NCBI GenBank assembly: GCA_030390025.1
Contig: CM059433.1
Coordinates: forward strand, 3,844,001 to 3,908,000
Origin: Squalus acanthias
Lineage: Eukaryota
Length of the DNA: 64,000 bases
Direction of reading: 5' to 3'
The notes beneath the pieces are model-generated. The model was not told the DNA's origin. It was given only the letters and a program-made list of their open reading frames with translations, and searched no databases. The position numbers and the translations under genes are program-made. Positions 22,082 through 34,296 of this stretch are shown piece by piece; the first letter of the stretch is position 1; each line of letters starts with the position of its first letter.

Positions 22082-25018
22082 ATGCAGTCAGAAACAAATG
22101 TTAGAAGGGTGAGAAACAATAGGGGAAGGCCGAGTAAACAAAGGCAAGAAACACAAAGGGCCATACTAAATCATAAGTCTAAAAGGACAAAGGATGTTAA
22201 TAAAACAAGCCTAAAGGCTCTGTGTCTTAATGCAAGGAGTATCCGTAATAAGGTGGATGAATTGACTGTGCAAATAGATGTTAACGGATACGATGTGATT
22301 GGGATTACAGAGACGTGGCTCCAGAACAATCAAGGCTGGGAACTGAACATCCAGGGGTATTCAACATTCAGAAAGGATAGAATAAAAGGAAAAGGAGGTG
22401 GGGTAGCATTGCTGGTTAAAGAGGAGATTAATGCAATAGCTAGGAAGGACATTAGCTTGGAGGATGTGGAATCAATATGGGTTGAGCTGCAGAACACCAA
22501 AGGGCAGAAAACGTTAGTGGGAGTTGTGTACAGACCTCCAAACAGCAGTAGTGAGGTGGGGGAGGGTATGAAACAGGAAATCAGAGGTGCGTGCAAAAAA
22601 GGCACGGCAGTTATCATGGGTGACTTTAATATGCATATAGATTGGGCTACTCAAACTGGAAGCAATACGGTGGAGGAGGATTTCCTGGAGTGTTTAAGGG
22701 ATGGTTTCCTAAACCAATATGTTGAGGAACCAACTCGAGGGGAGGCCATCCTGGACTGGGTGTTGTGTAATGAGGAAGGACTAATCAGCAATCTTGTGGT
22801 ACGAGGCCCCCTGGGGAAGAGTGACCATAGTATGGTGGAGTTCTACATTAGGATGGAGAAGGAAACAGTTAATTCAGAGACCATGGTCCAGAACTTAAAT
22901 AAGGGCAACTTTGAGGGTAAGAGGCGTGAATTGGCGAGGTTAAATTGGCAAGCGGTATTTAAGGGGCTATCAGTGGAAGGGCAATGGCAGACATTTAGAG
23001 ATCGCATGGATGAACTACAACAATTGTACATCCCGGTCTGGCGTAAAAATAAAAAAGGGAAGGTGGCTCAACCATGGCTAACAAGGGAAATCAGGGATAG
23101 TATTAAAACCAAGGAAGTTGCATACAAATTGGCCAGAAGTCGCAGCAAACCCGGGGACTGGGAGTACTTCAAAACTCAGCAGAGGACGACGAAAGGTTTG
23201 ATTAGGGCAGGGAAAATAAAATATGAAAGGAAGCTTGCAGAGAACATTAAAATGCACAGCAAAAGCTTCTATAAATATGTAAAAAGAAAGAGGTTAGTAA
23301 AAACAAACGTAGGTCCCCTGCAGTCGGAAACAGGGGAAGTCGTAATGGGGAACAAGGAAATGGCAGATCAATTGAACAAGTACTTTGGTTCGGTGTTTAC
23401 TGTGGAGGACACACACAACCTGCCGGAAATAAAAGGGGTCAGAGGATCTGGTAAGAGGGAGGAGCTGAGGGAAATCCTTATTAGTCGGGAAAAGGTATTG
23501 GGGAAATTGATGGGACTGAAGGCTGAAAAATCCCCGGGGCCTGATGGTCTGCATCCCAGAGTACTTAAGGAGGTGGCCTTGGAAATAGTGGATGCATTGA
23601 CGATCATTTTCCAACATTCCTTAGACTCTGGAACAGTTCCGATGGAGTGGAGGGTGGCCAATGTAACCCCTCTTTTTAAAAAAGGAGGGAGGGAGAAAGC
23701 AGGGAATTATAGACCGGTCAGCCTGTCATCGGTCGTGGGTAAAATGATGGAAGCAATTATTAAAGATGTCATAACAGACCATTTGGAAAGTGGCGACATG
23801 ATAGGTCCAAGTCAGCATGGATTTGTGAAAGGGAAATCATGCTTGACAAATCTTCTGGAATTTTTTGAGGATGTTTCCAATAGGGTGGACAGGGGTGAAC
23901 CAGTAGATGTGGTGTATTTGGACTTTCAGAAGGCCTTCGACAAGGTTCCACACAAGAGATTGGTTAGCAAAGTTAAAGCACATGGGATTGGGGGTAATGT
24001 GTTGACGTGGATTGAGAACTGGTTGGCACACAGGAAACAAAGAGTAGGAGTAAATGGGTACTTTTCAGAATGGCAGGCAGTGACCAGCGGGGTACCGCAG
24101 GGCTCGGTGCTGGGACCCCAGCTGTTTACATTATATATTAATGATTTGGACGAAGGGATTAAATGTAATATCTCCAAATTTGCGGATGACACTAAATTGG
24201 GAGGCAGTGTGAACAATGAGGAGGATGCTAGGAGGCTACAGAGTGACTTGGACAGGTTGGGTGAATGGGCAAATGTATGGCAGATGAAGTACAATGTGGA
24301 TAAATGTGAGGTTATCCACTTTGGTGGTAAAAATAGAGAGGCGGACTATTACCTGAATGGTGGCAGATTAGGGAAAGGGGAGGTGCAACGAGACCTGGGC
24401 ATCATGGTACATCAGTCATTGAAGGTGGGAATGCAAGTGCAGCAGGCAGTCAAGAAAGCAAACGGAATGATGGCCTTCATAGTAAGGGGATTTGAGTACA
24501 GGAGTAGGGAGGTGATGCTGCAGTTGTACAGGGCCTTGGTGAGGCCACACCTGGAGTATTGTGCGCAGTTTTGGTCTCCTAACTTAAGGAAGGACATTCT
24601 TGCTATTGAGGGAGTGCAGCGAAGGTTCACTAGATTGATTCCTGGGATGGCCGGACTGACATATCAAGAAAGATTGGGTCAACTGAACTTGTATCCTCTG
24701 GAGTTCAGAAGAATGAGGGGGGATCTTATAGAGACATTTAAAATCCTGACTGGTTTAGACAAATTAGATGCGGGCAGAATGTTCCCAATGGTAGGGAAAA
24801 CTAGAACCAGGGGTCACAGTCTAAGGATTAAGGGGAAGCCATTTAGGACTGAGCTGAGGAGGAACTTCTTCACCCAGAGAGTGGTGAATCTATGGAATTC
24901 TCTTCCACAGAAGGTTGTTGAGGCCAGTTCGCTAAATATATTCAAAAGGGAGTTAGATATAACACTCACAACTAGGGGGATCAAGGGGTATGGCGAGAAA
25001 GCAGGAATGGGGTACTGA
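22082..25018 (+). CDS. CR1 ORF2: AP endonuclease plus reverse transcriptase, 978 aa, uninterrupted
   Basis: APE motifs CLNARS, GITETW, VYRPP, MGDFN, SDH; RT motifs YRPVSL, QHGF, YLDFQKAFDKV, GVPQGSVLGP, FADD. Confidence 0.97.
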   Translation: MQSETNVRRVRNNRGRPSKQRQETQRAILNHKSKRTKDVNKTSLKALCLNARSIRNKVDELTVQIDVNGYDVIGITETWLQNNQGWELNIQGYSTFRKDRIKGKGGGVALLVKEEINAIARKDISLEDVESIWVELQNTKGQKTLVGVVYRPPNSSSEVGEGMKQEIRGACKKGTAVIMGDFNMHIDWATQTGSNTVEEDFLECLRDGFLNQYVEEPTRGEAILDWVLCNEEGLISNLVVRGPLGKSDHSMVEFYIRMEKETVNSETMVQNLNKGNFEGKRRELARLNWQAVFKGLSVEGQWQTFRDRMDELQQLYIPVWRKNKKGKVAQPWLTREIRDSIKTKEVAYKLARSRSKPGDWEYFKTQQRTTKGLIRAGKIKYERKLAENIKMHSKSFYKYVKRKRLVKTNVGPLQSETGEVVMGNKEMADQLNKYFGSVFTVEDTHNLPEIKGVRGSGKREELREILISREKVLGKLMGLKAEKSPGPDGLHPRVLKEVALEIVDALTIIFQHSLDSGTVPMEWRVANVTPLFKKGGREKAGNYRPVSLSSVVGKMMEAIIKDVITDHLESGDMIGPSQHGFVKGKSCLTNLLEFFEDVSNRVDRGEPVDVVYLDFQKAFDKVPHKRLVSKVKAHGIGGNVLTWIENWLAHRKQRVGVNGYFSEWQAVTSGVPQGSVLGPQLFTLYINDLDEGIKCNISKFADDTKLGGSVNNEEDARRLQSDLDRLGEWANVWQMKYNVDKCEVIHFGGKNREADYYLNGGRLGKGEVQRDLGIMVHQSLKVGMQVQQAVKKANGMMAFIVRGFEYRSREVMLQLYRALVRPHLEYCAQFWSPNLRKDILAIEGVQRRFTRLIPGMAGLTYQERLGQLNLYPLEFRRMRGDLIETFKILTGLDKLDAGRMFPMVGKTRTRGHSLRIKGKPFRTELRRNFFTQRVVNLWNSLPQKVVEASSLNIFKRELDITLTTRGIKGYGEKAGMGY

Positions 25019-26552
25019 GGTAGCATGTTCAGCCATGAACGCATTGAATGGCGGTGCAGGCTCGAAGGACCGAATGGTCTACTCCTGTACCTATTTTCCA
25101 TGTTTCTATGTTTCTATGTGCACGCCGTTATCAGTGAGTAAATCGGCCAGCAATTTTTATCGCTGAAGTGACACCCTGTGAGCTTCCAATTGCCACAAAT
25201 TGCTGGATGATTTGCACTGCTCTGCCGTTTGCCTCATGGAAATGGGATCTCACCATCAACCTCCCGTGAGTGTCAAGAAATTTCTGCATTTGCGCATTAA
25301 TTACCAATTAAATTTGCTGCAGAAAGTTAGGGCTGGTACTTAACAGCATAAGGACGCTTTTAATGAGGAGATTTATGTTCCTGCAATGCCATTCAACCTC
25401 TCCGGCCCAGAAAGGGAGCAATTGAAACTGTGGAGTCTCATTCCTGCAGGTAGTATATTGTTGTTAGAGAATTCCAATTTTTAAAAAAATTTCTTACTTT
25501 TCCTTTCTGTCGCTTTTTTCTCTCTCTTAATCCAATTTTTCTTTCCCTCTATTTCTCCTCCTGTGCCTGATTTGACTCTAATTCATGTTATTTCCTTCTC
25601 CATTTTTCTTTTCTCTGTTTCTATCTCAATCCTTAAATCTCATTGGTTGAAGACTGTTGGTCCCGTCATTTACCAAGGTCACACTTCCAGAAATGTGCAG
25701 CGCAAAACATTTTCAAGCTGAAGGGTGAGGGAAGACGTCTAACTAATGGGGCATGTCATGAGATGCCCCACTCCAGCAAATTCTGGCCCATTATATTTTC
25801 AAATTATTGTTTCAAAGATAAATTGCGCTGGTTCTTATTGTTTTGTTCATGTAATTACGATCATGGAAAAGGGTACTAATGTGTATCCTGGATGCTATTA
25901 TAGGAATATATGATGCGACAGTCCTACACAAAGATATATAGCCATCATTGAGATAATTATGCAGCCTAGTAATAGTACCTAAAAATTTAAACCATACCTG
26001 GAGGAGTGGATGTTCCTGTGAAGTATGTGAACGTGTTTTCTATAATCTCATAATAACTGCAGTAAGATGGATTCAATTTTCATTACAGCTGTTCATTCAC
26101 TCAGCAGAACAGATGTGACAGGAATTAATGACCAAAAAAAAGTTAAGAGCTGAAGGTCCTTTTATGATGATCATTGCATCTCACCAAGTTAATTATAACA
26201 TGTAATTGTCCTCTCTCTGCCCCATTAATAGTTACTTATTTCCACTTGCTTCTAGGTTGTCGATGCCACACGTTGTTTACGATCTGCAGCAATTTACTCT
26301 AAAATTCCTGCCAAAACTGCCCCAACAAGGCCTCCACAAGGGGTGCAGTAATGATTCATGTTTCCCGATCCTCATGGAGTGGAAGGCTCTCACCTTCACT
26401 GGCTGCTTCCATTAGTACTGTCGAGAATTATGGGTACAGTCCAGCATCCTGTCACTCCTCAGCTTCCTTTAAAGAAACAACACTTGGATAGTGCTGGAAA
26501 ATGTGTGAAGTTCAGAATGGAAAGTTTTACCAGTCAGTGGGACTCTAGCTTA

Positions 26553-27566
26553 GACAACAACAACAGCTCGCATTTATATAGCACCTTTACCGCAGTGACA
26601 CGTCCCAAGGCGCTTCACAGCGTAATAAAACAAAATTTGACACTGAGCCGCATAAGGAGATATTCGGACAGATGACCAAAAACCTGATCAAAGAGGTAGG
26701 TTTTAAGGAGCATCTTAAACAAGGAGAGAGCAATGGAGAGGTGCAGAGGTTGAGGGAGGGAATTCCAGGCAGCTGAAGGCACGGCCGCCAATGGTGGAGC
26801 GATTAAAATCGGGGATGCGCAGGAGGCCAGAATTGGAGCAGCTCAGAGATTTCGGAGGGTTGTGGGGCTGGAGGAGGTTACAGAGGTAGGGAGGGGGTTA
26901 GGTCATGGTGGGATTTGAAAACAATGGTTAGAATTTTCAAATCGAGGCATTGCCGGACCAGGAGCCAATGTAGGTCAGCGAGCACAGGGGTGATGGGTGA
27001 ACGAGACTTGATGCGAGTTAGGACACGGGCAGCAGAGCCTTGGATGAGTTCAAGTTTATGGAGGGTGGAAGATGGGAGGAATAATCAAGTCTGTAGGTAA
27101 CAAAGGCATGGATGAGAGTTTCAGCAGCAGATGAGCTGAGGCAGGGGTGGAGACGGACGATGTTACTGAGGTGGAAGTAGGCTGCTTTGGTGATGGAGCG
27201 GGTATGTGGTTGGAAGTTCATCTCAGGGTCAAATAGGACAGCAAGGTTGCGAATGGTCTGATTCAGCGTCAGACAGTGACTAGGGAGAGGGATGGAGTCG
27301 GTGGCTAGGGAACGCAGTTCGTAGCGGGGACCGAAGACAATGGCATCGATCTTCCCAATATTTACTTGGAGGAAATTTCTGCTCATCCAGGACTGGATGT
27401 CGGACAAGCAGTGTGACAAATCAGAGACAGTGCAGGGGTCAAGAGAGGTGGTGGTGAGGTAGAGCTGGGTGTCGTCAGCGTACATGTGGAACCTGATGTT
27501 GCATTATCGGATGATGTCACCGGGGGGAGCGTACCTGATGTTGCATTATCGGATGATGTCGCCGGG
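26553..27566 (-). mobile_element. L2 LINE 3' fragment with part of the RT
   Basis: ORF 27018..27485 (MYADDTQLYL...AETLIHAFVT.RLDY); (TTG)n tail; small duplication with 42-bp period at 27491-27566. Confidence 0.9.
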
Positions 27567-29477
27567 CGGGGGGGGGGGGCAGGACTTGTACTCGCAGTGC
27601 CTGAGACTCTGGGTCAGAGAACACTAAAACCAACAGGATCTGAAACGCTCCAAAATTTCCATAATATATATGCTCACTTAGAGATAGCAACTGAAAAAAT
27701 CTTTTATGCTGATCTTCAAAATGGTACCCTACATGAACCTTTTAGTGTATCTGCATTGAATAAAACCTGCCATTGTTTCTTGAATCAGAAGTTTGATAAT
27801 GTTGTAATACAATAACAAGTATGTATGCGATATATATGTATATAACTGAATAAATTACACCATCTCAAGACCTATCTTTGTGCAACTTTTGACATCTGAG
27901 TGATGTATGAATATTATAATTAGTTTTACTGAAATGCCACTTTCCTTCAACTGCTTTCAGATTGCGAGTATGAGAACATTAAAGTTATTTTCCTTTGATT
28001 TCGCAGTGCAATAAAACATATTCTGCACAATAGGATCATACTGGAGGCATGTTCGTGTACATTGACTCATGGGATTAGATGCCAAGGTTTTTATAAATGT
28101 CAATTTAAAAAGCAGCTAAGATAGGGAGAGATTAGCATTAAACAGCAGCCTTGAAACCCTTCTAACATTGCAAGCTTAGTTTAAATTGAAATGTTCAATT
28201 TTAATAGGAAATTCTGTCAAAAGTTTCTGAAAGAAATAAATGCTGATTTACAGAACAGAATTACTACGATGAGGAAATCATTAAACAACCACAGCCTCCA
28301 AAATAACTGAGAGACTACTTTTCTTGCCCATTTTGTCAAGAATATAATCCCTAATGTATGAATCTGCTCTGCCTTGTTTTGACGTTTGCATAATTAATTT
28401 TAATAACTGTTAGAAAATAACTACCATTTGTCCCTTCATTCTTTTGCTTTCCTAAAGAGAACTGTGTAGGTAAAGACAAAAGCAATTTATTTTGCGGCAT
28501 TGAATCACGGAATCCCAAGATTTTGTTAGAGCCTTCAAAAAGCTGTGGCAATCCACACTGCGGTCATATTTTTCTTTGTTTATTTGTAGCACATTCCGTC
28601 TGCCCATCCACCCTCCATTGAGGAGAATGAGAAGCTGGAGCTATACAGGTCCGGATGAGGTTTAGTTTAGTCTCATTTGATGTGGGTTCCAGAGGGGTCT
28701 TGTTGTGAAGGCTTGCCCAGTGGGAGCACATATTGGAAATCCGAGCACACGCTGGGCACAACATCAAACCAATGCTCAGAAAATCATGCACAACGCACGC
28801 CTATATGCGCGCTCCCAACAGATGAGGCTCCCCACCGAGTGAATGGCACTGTAAGTTACCCCTTAACTTTACAAGTTGCAATCTTTTCATAATGTCGCTG
28901 CTTGATTTTGACAAGCCTAGACTTCAATGGAGATCCGCTTCTCTCTTCTTTGAGTCATCCATCCAACATGGTGCATTGAAGCTCACCACTGCTGTCATGA
29001 GTGGCACGGTTGAAATGGGATGAAATCCATTCTCACACCTAACTCTGGAAGAAGCACGACACTGGCGCGTGTAGTTATGTGCTACATCACCAGGTACTCT
29101 TTGAATATTTGAAGTGCAGACACTTTTGGTTCAGTAGAGGACCACCTGGAAGAGGTGCACACAACCTAAATCTGTACAGTAGCTCCTTTTTATTCACAGA
29201 CCCATATCCCTTCCAACTTGAATGATCCTAAGTTTCTCTCAGAGTGACCCTGAATTGAAAACTAATCCTAACTTGAAAAAAGCACCATCCAAATCCCAAG
29301 AGACGCATACCGGAAAAATTGATAAAACTTCAGCAATCTGATTGGCTTCCCACCTACAATCACAACTGTGCATGTAAATCACTACGTAAGACCTTCGACT
29401 TGCACTTATTTATTCAGATAGAAAATTACAAGCTCCCCAAATAGTTCAATGCGTCACCTGCTGTAGGACTCTGTCAT

Positions 29478-29522
29478 ACAGACCAGGATAGTCCCAGGTT
29501 CAATCCCCAGTCTGTGCTGAGC
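29478..29522 (+). mobile_element. tRNA-derived SINE head fragment
   Basis: CAGACCAGGATAGTCCCAGGTTCAATCCCCAGTCTGTGCTGAG with a B-box-like GGTTCAATCCC. Confidence 0.45.
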
Positions 29523-30014
29523 AAGTTGAAGATTCTTAGCGCCTCCCATTAGCGCCAGCAGCGGGCGCTAACGGGGCGCTGATGCAGTAGCGCCGGGCGA
29601 GGCAAACCCAGTGACGCACGGCAAATCTGCCCTGCCCCCCGCCCCCATTGCGCCGCCGGTACGAGGTACCGCCGGGGACTTCAACACCAGGCAGATTGTG
29701 ACGCTGCACGCTCACTGGCCACCCGAGCTGCGAAATTGATTGGCACCACCTACCTTAGCGCCTCGACCACGCAGCGACAGGGAGAGCTGGCGTGAAGCAG
29801 CCAGAAGCCGGCTCCAGGGACATTATTTAAAGGGATCAGTAATGAGTCGCAGCTGTCAGGTTAGTGGAGTTTCAGTGCTTTCTTGTCAGTTTGACATTGT
29901 CCAACAGTTTCATTCAGTAGTTTAAATGCTATTTAGTATCAGGAGTGTTGTGGTAGCTAAAACGTAGCTACATTTATTCTTAAAACAATCAAACTGGTAC
30001 ACTTGGTTACATTA

Positions 30015-32450
30015 ATGGGGCTGTACTGGCAGTCGACCTCGCCCTGCAGGATCTATGGCAGAGGCAGCGAGAAAGACTGGAACATGTGGCCAGAGGGAGG
30101 AGGAGGGCCATCAGGGCTCTCAACAGGAGGGTATTCTGAGAGAACTTCTCCTACCTCCAATTAAGCGAGGAGCAGTGTATTACAGACCGGTATGCCTGAC
30201 ATCGGTAGTGGGGAAAATGCTAGAGTCCATTATAAAGGATGTAATAGCTGAGCACTTGGAAACCAGTGACAGGATCGGACAAAGTCAACATGGATTTACA
30301 AAAGGTAAATCGTGCTTGACTAATCTACTGGAATTTTTTGAGGATGTAACTGGGAAAATAGATAAGGGAGAACCAGTAGATGTGGTGTATTTGGACTTTC
30401 AAAAGGCTTTCGATAAGGTCCCGCATAAGAGATTAGCGGGTAAAGTTAAGGCACATGGGATTGGGGGCAAGGTATTGACTTGGATAGAGAACTGCTTGGC
30501 GGACAGAAAGCAGAGAGTAGGAATTAATGGGTCTTTTTCCGAGTGGCAGGCAGTGACTAGTGGGGTACCGCAGGGTTCGGTCCTTGGACCCCAGCTATTC
30601 ACAATATACATTAATGATCTGGATAAGGGAATTAAATGTAATATCTCCAAGTTTGCAGATGACACAAAGCTGGGTGGGCGTGTGTGCTCCGAGGAGGATA
30701 CTGAGAAACTCCAGGATGATTTGGACAGGTTGGGTGAGTGGGCAGAAGCATGGCAGATGCAATATAACGTGGATAAATGCGAGGTTATCCACTTTGGTGT
30801 CAAAAACAGAAAGGCAGACTATTATCTGAATGGCAATAGATTGGGAGAAGGGGAAGTGCAACGAGACCTGGGTGTCCTTGTGCACCAGTCGCTGAAGGTA
30901 AGCATGCAGGTGCAGCAGGCGGTGAAGAAGGCAAATGGTATGTTGGCCTTCATAGCGAAAGGGTTTGAGTATAGGAACAGGGATGTCCTGCTGCAGTTGT
31001 ACAGGGCCTTGGTGAGACCACACCAAGTTTTGGTTGCCTTATCTGAGGAAGGATGTTCTTGCCATGGAAGGAGTTCAGCGAAGATTCACAAGGCTGATAC
31101 CTGGGATGGCAGGAATGACATATGAGGAGAGATTGGGTCGATTGGGCTTATACTCGCTGGAGTATAGAAGAATGAGAGGGGATCTCATCGAAACATATAA
31201 AATTCTGACAGGTCTGGACAAACTAGATGCAGGAAGAATGTTCCCGATGGTCGGAGAGTCCAGAACCAGGGGTCATAATCTAAGGATAAGGGGTAAGCCA
31301 TTTAGGACAGAAATGAGGAAGAATTTCTTCACCCAGAGAGTGGTGAACCTGTGGAATTCTCTACCACAGAAGGTAGTTGAGGCCAAGTCATTAAATATAT
31401 TCAAGAATGAGTTAGATATATTTCTTAAAGCTAAAGGTATCAAGGGATATGGGGAGAAGGCAGGTACAGGGTACTGAGTTTGGATGATCAGCCATGATCT
31501 CATCGAATGGCGGAGCAGGCTTGAGGGGCCGAATGGCCTACTCCTGCTCCTATCTTCTATGTTTCTATGTTTCTATTAGAAGGCTCCGCTTAAACAATGA
31601 GGTGGCCACAGAACTCTGCCACCTCCTGCAACCAGACCTCGAGCCTCAGATCAGGGTGACCACGGCTTTCTCAGTGGCAGTCAAGGTTACCATCGCCCTC
31701 AATTTCTTCACCAGCGGATCCTTCCAGTCACTGCATCCGGGAGGTCACAGAGGCTCTCTACTGCAGGAGAAGGGACTACATTTCCTTCCCCATCACCAGA
31801 GAGAAGCAGGACGAGTGTGCATGTGGCTTTGCCAGGATAGCAGGATTCCCCACGGTGCAGGGCGCCATTGACCGCACCCACATGGCTTTGCGGGCACCTC
31901 ATAACAATCCTGAGATCTTCCGTAACCACAAAGGCTACCATTCACTTAATGTGCAGTTGGTGTGCGACCACAGACAGTGAATCCTCACCATCAATGCCCG
32001 CTATCCTGGCAGCAGCCACGATGCCTTCATCCTGCGCCAGACCGGTGTGCCAGCATTCTTCCAGCCACCATGTCAAGCTCGCGGCTGGCTGGTTGGAGAC
32101 AAGGGCTATCCGCTCTCCACCTGGCTCATGACTCCCCTCCGCAACCCCCGCACTCCTGCCCAGCACTCATATAATGAGAGCCATGCTGCCACCAGACCAT
32201 CAGGGGGCTCAAGCAACGGTTCTACTGCCTTGACCACTCGGGAGGAGCCTCCCAGTACTCGGCTGAGCAAGTGCCCCATTTCGTGGTGATCTGCTGCATT
32301 CTCCACAACTTGGCCATCATGAGGGCCCAGCCCTTGCCACCAGTGATTGCGGGACCACCTCAGGAGGAGGAAGAGAGAGAGGAGGAGGATGAGGAGGAAG
32401 AGGAAAACGAGGAGGATGAGGAGGAGGAACAGGAGCGAGGGAGGTGGCAG
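30015..32450 (+). pseudogene. Harbinger transposase pseudogene split by a CR1
   Basis: EEQCI|RRLRLNNEVATELCHLLQPDL rejoins across the CR1; LVGDKGY, YNESH and poly-E segments present; multiple frameshifts. Confidence 0.9.
30183..31573 (+). mobile_element. 5'-truncated CR1 (RT to tail)
   Basis: ORFs 30055..31125 and 31034..31477; TATTA duplicated at 30178-30182 and 31574-31578; (TTCTATGT)n tail. Confidence 0.95.
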
Positions 32451-32454
32451 CAAC

Positions 32455-33203
32455 TCTCCAGCTTGCCGCGGGGGTAAGGATCGTCGCGCGCACTTACCTA
32501 CCACGCCTGCCGTTGACCTCTGGGCACACGGGAACTTCAGCTCCTGGGCCTGCTCCAAGTGCCGGCGCGCAGTGCTTGCGTGTCCCAGGGGCGCAGTTAG
32601 TGCGATGCGTCCCCTGGGATCACGTGGGCCATGGAGAGCCAATGGCAGCAGACCATCTTTCATTCATAGATTTGACAGGAAGACCTGTCAAATCTATGAA
32701 TTGAAATCGGCCCCAAAACAACACCTAAACTGCAAATAAATTTTTTTAAAAACCATCACATTTTTAAAATAACTATAAGTTAAATAAATTAACTACTTTA
32801 AACAAAAATTTAAATTTTTGAAAAAATTAAAATACTTTTTAACAGTGCTAAAAATAAACTTACCTTTCTTTAAAGTATCTAAAAAGATAAACCTGTTGAA
32901 AATTTTTTAAATTATACTTAATGAACCACTTACCTTGTTGAAAACGGGTCCTGCGCCTCCTTTTTAAAAGCGTAGGTTCTTCAATACTTCCCCTCCCGGA
33001 GAAACCTGAAAAAAAAACTAAGTTTGCTGCGTGCGCGCAGCCTCTCCCGCGCACGCGGTTCACCTCTAAACCGCTCCCTTCACCAGACCAGAAGTTCCGG
33101 TTTCCCGCGCATGCGCAGTGCATGCAGGAAACCGGCACTTCAGGACGCCTTACGGGTGAGTACACAGTGCGTACTCACCCGGGAAGGGCCGAATTTTTGG
33201 CCC
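32455..33203 (+). mobile_element. Harbinger-type MITE, left TIR missing; near-identical to 40813-41579
   Basis: Colinear high identity with 40813-41579; right TIR GAATTTTTGGCCC. Confidence 0.9.
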
Positions 33204-34296
33204 ATCATCTCCGTGTGCATGCCCATCACGCTTCTTCTAAAGGCCTCTCCATCGAGGTCCTCATCTGAGTCCTCTGCAGCAGAACTCGCGCACAAACCCA
33301 CCCTCCGGGGAGCTGGCCCCTGAGCTACCCTTTCCCTCTGATCTTGCTGCAGTCCACTCGTCCCCGGTGCTTCACCCTGTGCAGATCCCGCTACTATACT
33401 AGCCTCTAAAGAACGCGTAGTGCCAGTATCTGAGCTGGTGCCTGCGGGTGAGACATGCAGTGACGCGGTGCTTTGCTCCTCCTGCCCTCAGGGACAGGCT
33501 GCTCAGGTGCTTTCTCATTATCTGAAAGCATAAAGGCAAAAGAGTCGGGTTAAAGTGAGGGGAGGGGGGCAGGAAGGGAGAAATGCATGCATACAGCATG
33601 ATTAGCTGGAAAGTGTGAAAGGCTTGTGGGGTGAGGGGGAAGTGGGATGAGAGAAGAAGGAGTAGGGATTAACATAGGGGGTCAACATCGCCGGTGGCCA
33701 CGCTGCCCACCAGCTGGCGCTCAATGATTTGCAGCACTCGATTCTCCAGCGCAGACAGTGGTTGGGTGTCGGCTTGTCCCCCGCCTGTGCGCTCCTGCTC
33801 TCTCCTGTTGTGAGCCACCTTGGCCTGCAAGAGAAAAGAAAGTGTGTGAGTGAGTGTGGAGCACTGTGTTTGGGTGATGTGCCTGCCATAGTTGAATAGC
33901 TGTCATTGTGTGCAAGGTGTGAGCTGTGGGTGTGAGTGTTGGTAGGTAGAGATTGTTGGTGGGTGAGTGCTGGGGGTGTGGTGCTTTGGGCAGTGTGTGC
34001 AGACTGTGGTTCAGATGGTGGTATGTAGCATTTGTTGAAGCATTGACTCACCCTGAGCACCCGAGTGAGGTCGTTAAATTTCTTCCTGCACTGTGTGTGG
34101 GTCCTAGGGACCACAGTGTTGCTGGGTAGATGTGCCTGCGCCAGCTCCCTCCACAAGGTGCAGAAGAATTGCGGTGGGGGCCTCCTGTCACTTTCCTGGT
34201 AGACAACCGCCCTCCGTCTCCCACAGCAAACACCAACGCCTCCAATGTTTGATCACTGAATCTGCGGGCTCTCTCCCTGGGTCGTGGGTCTGCCAT
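33204..34296 (-). pseudogene. Harbinger Myb/SANT gene remnant (exons about 34296-34052, 33824-33675, 33521-33204)
   Basis: MADPRPRERARRFSDQTLEALV...RTHTQCRKKFNDLTRVLR|gtgagt; acceptor cttgcag|GCCAAG; same intron positions as the intact copy; frameshifted and 3'-truncated. Confidence 0.85.

Larger units (their letters stand above)
21423..25117 (+). mobile_element. Young CR1 LINE, 5'-truncated within ORF1
   Basis: ORF1 esterase, intact ORF2, 3' UTR and (TTCTATGT)n tail at about 25097-25118. Confidence 0.95.
21393..25789. mobile_element. Harbinger-type MITE (parts 21393-21422 and 25118-25789) split by a CR1 insertion
   Basis: TIRs GTAGCAGAATTTGCTGGA and TCCAGCAAATTCTGGCCC; removing the CR1 restores a palindrome ATAACGG(TG)TGCACGCCGTTAT. 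Confidence 0.75.

Noticed and set aside
25998..26056. 59-nt minus-strand micro-exon candidate (YYEIIENTFTYFTGTSTPP)
   Set aside because: Splice sites are plausible but there are no partner exons and no recognisable protein.
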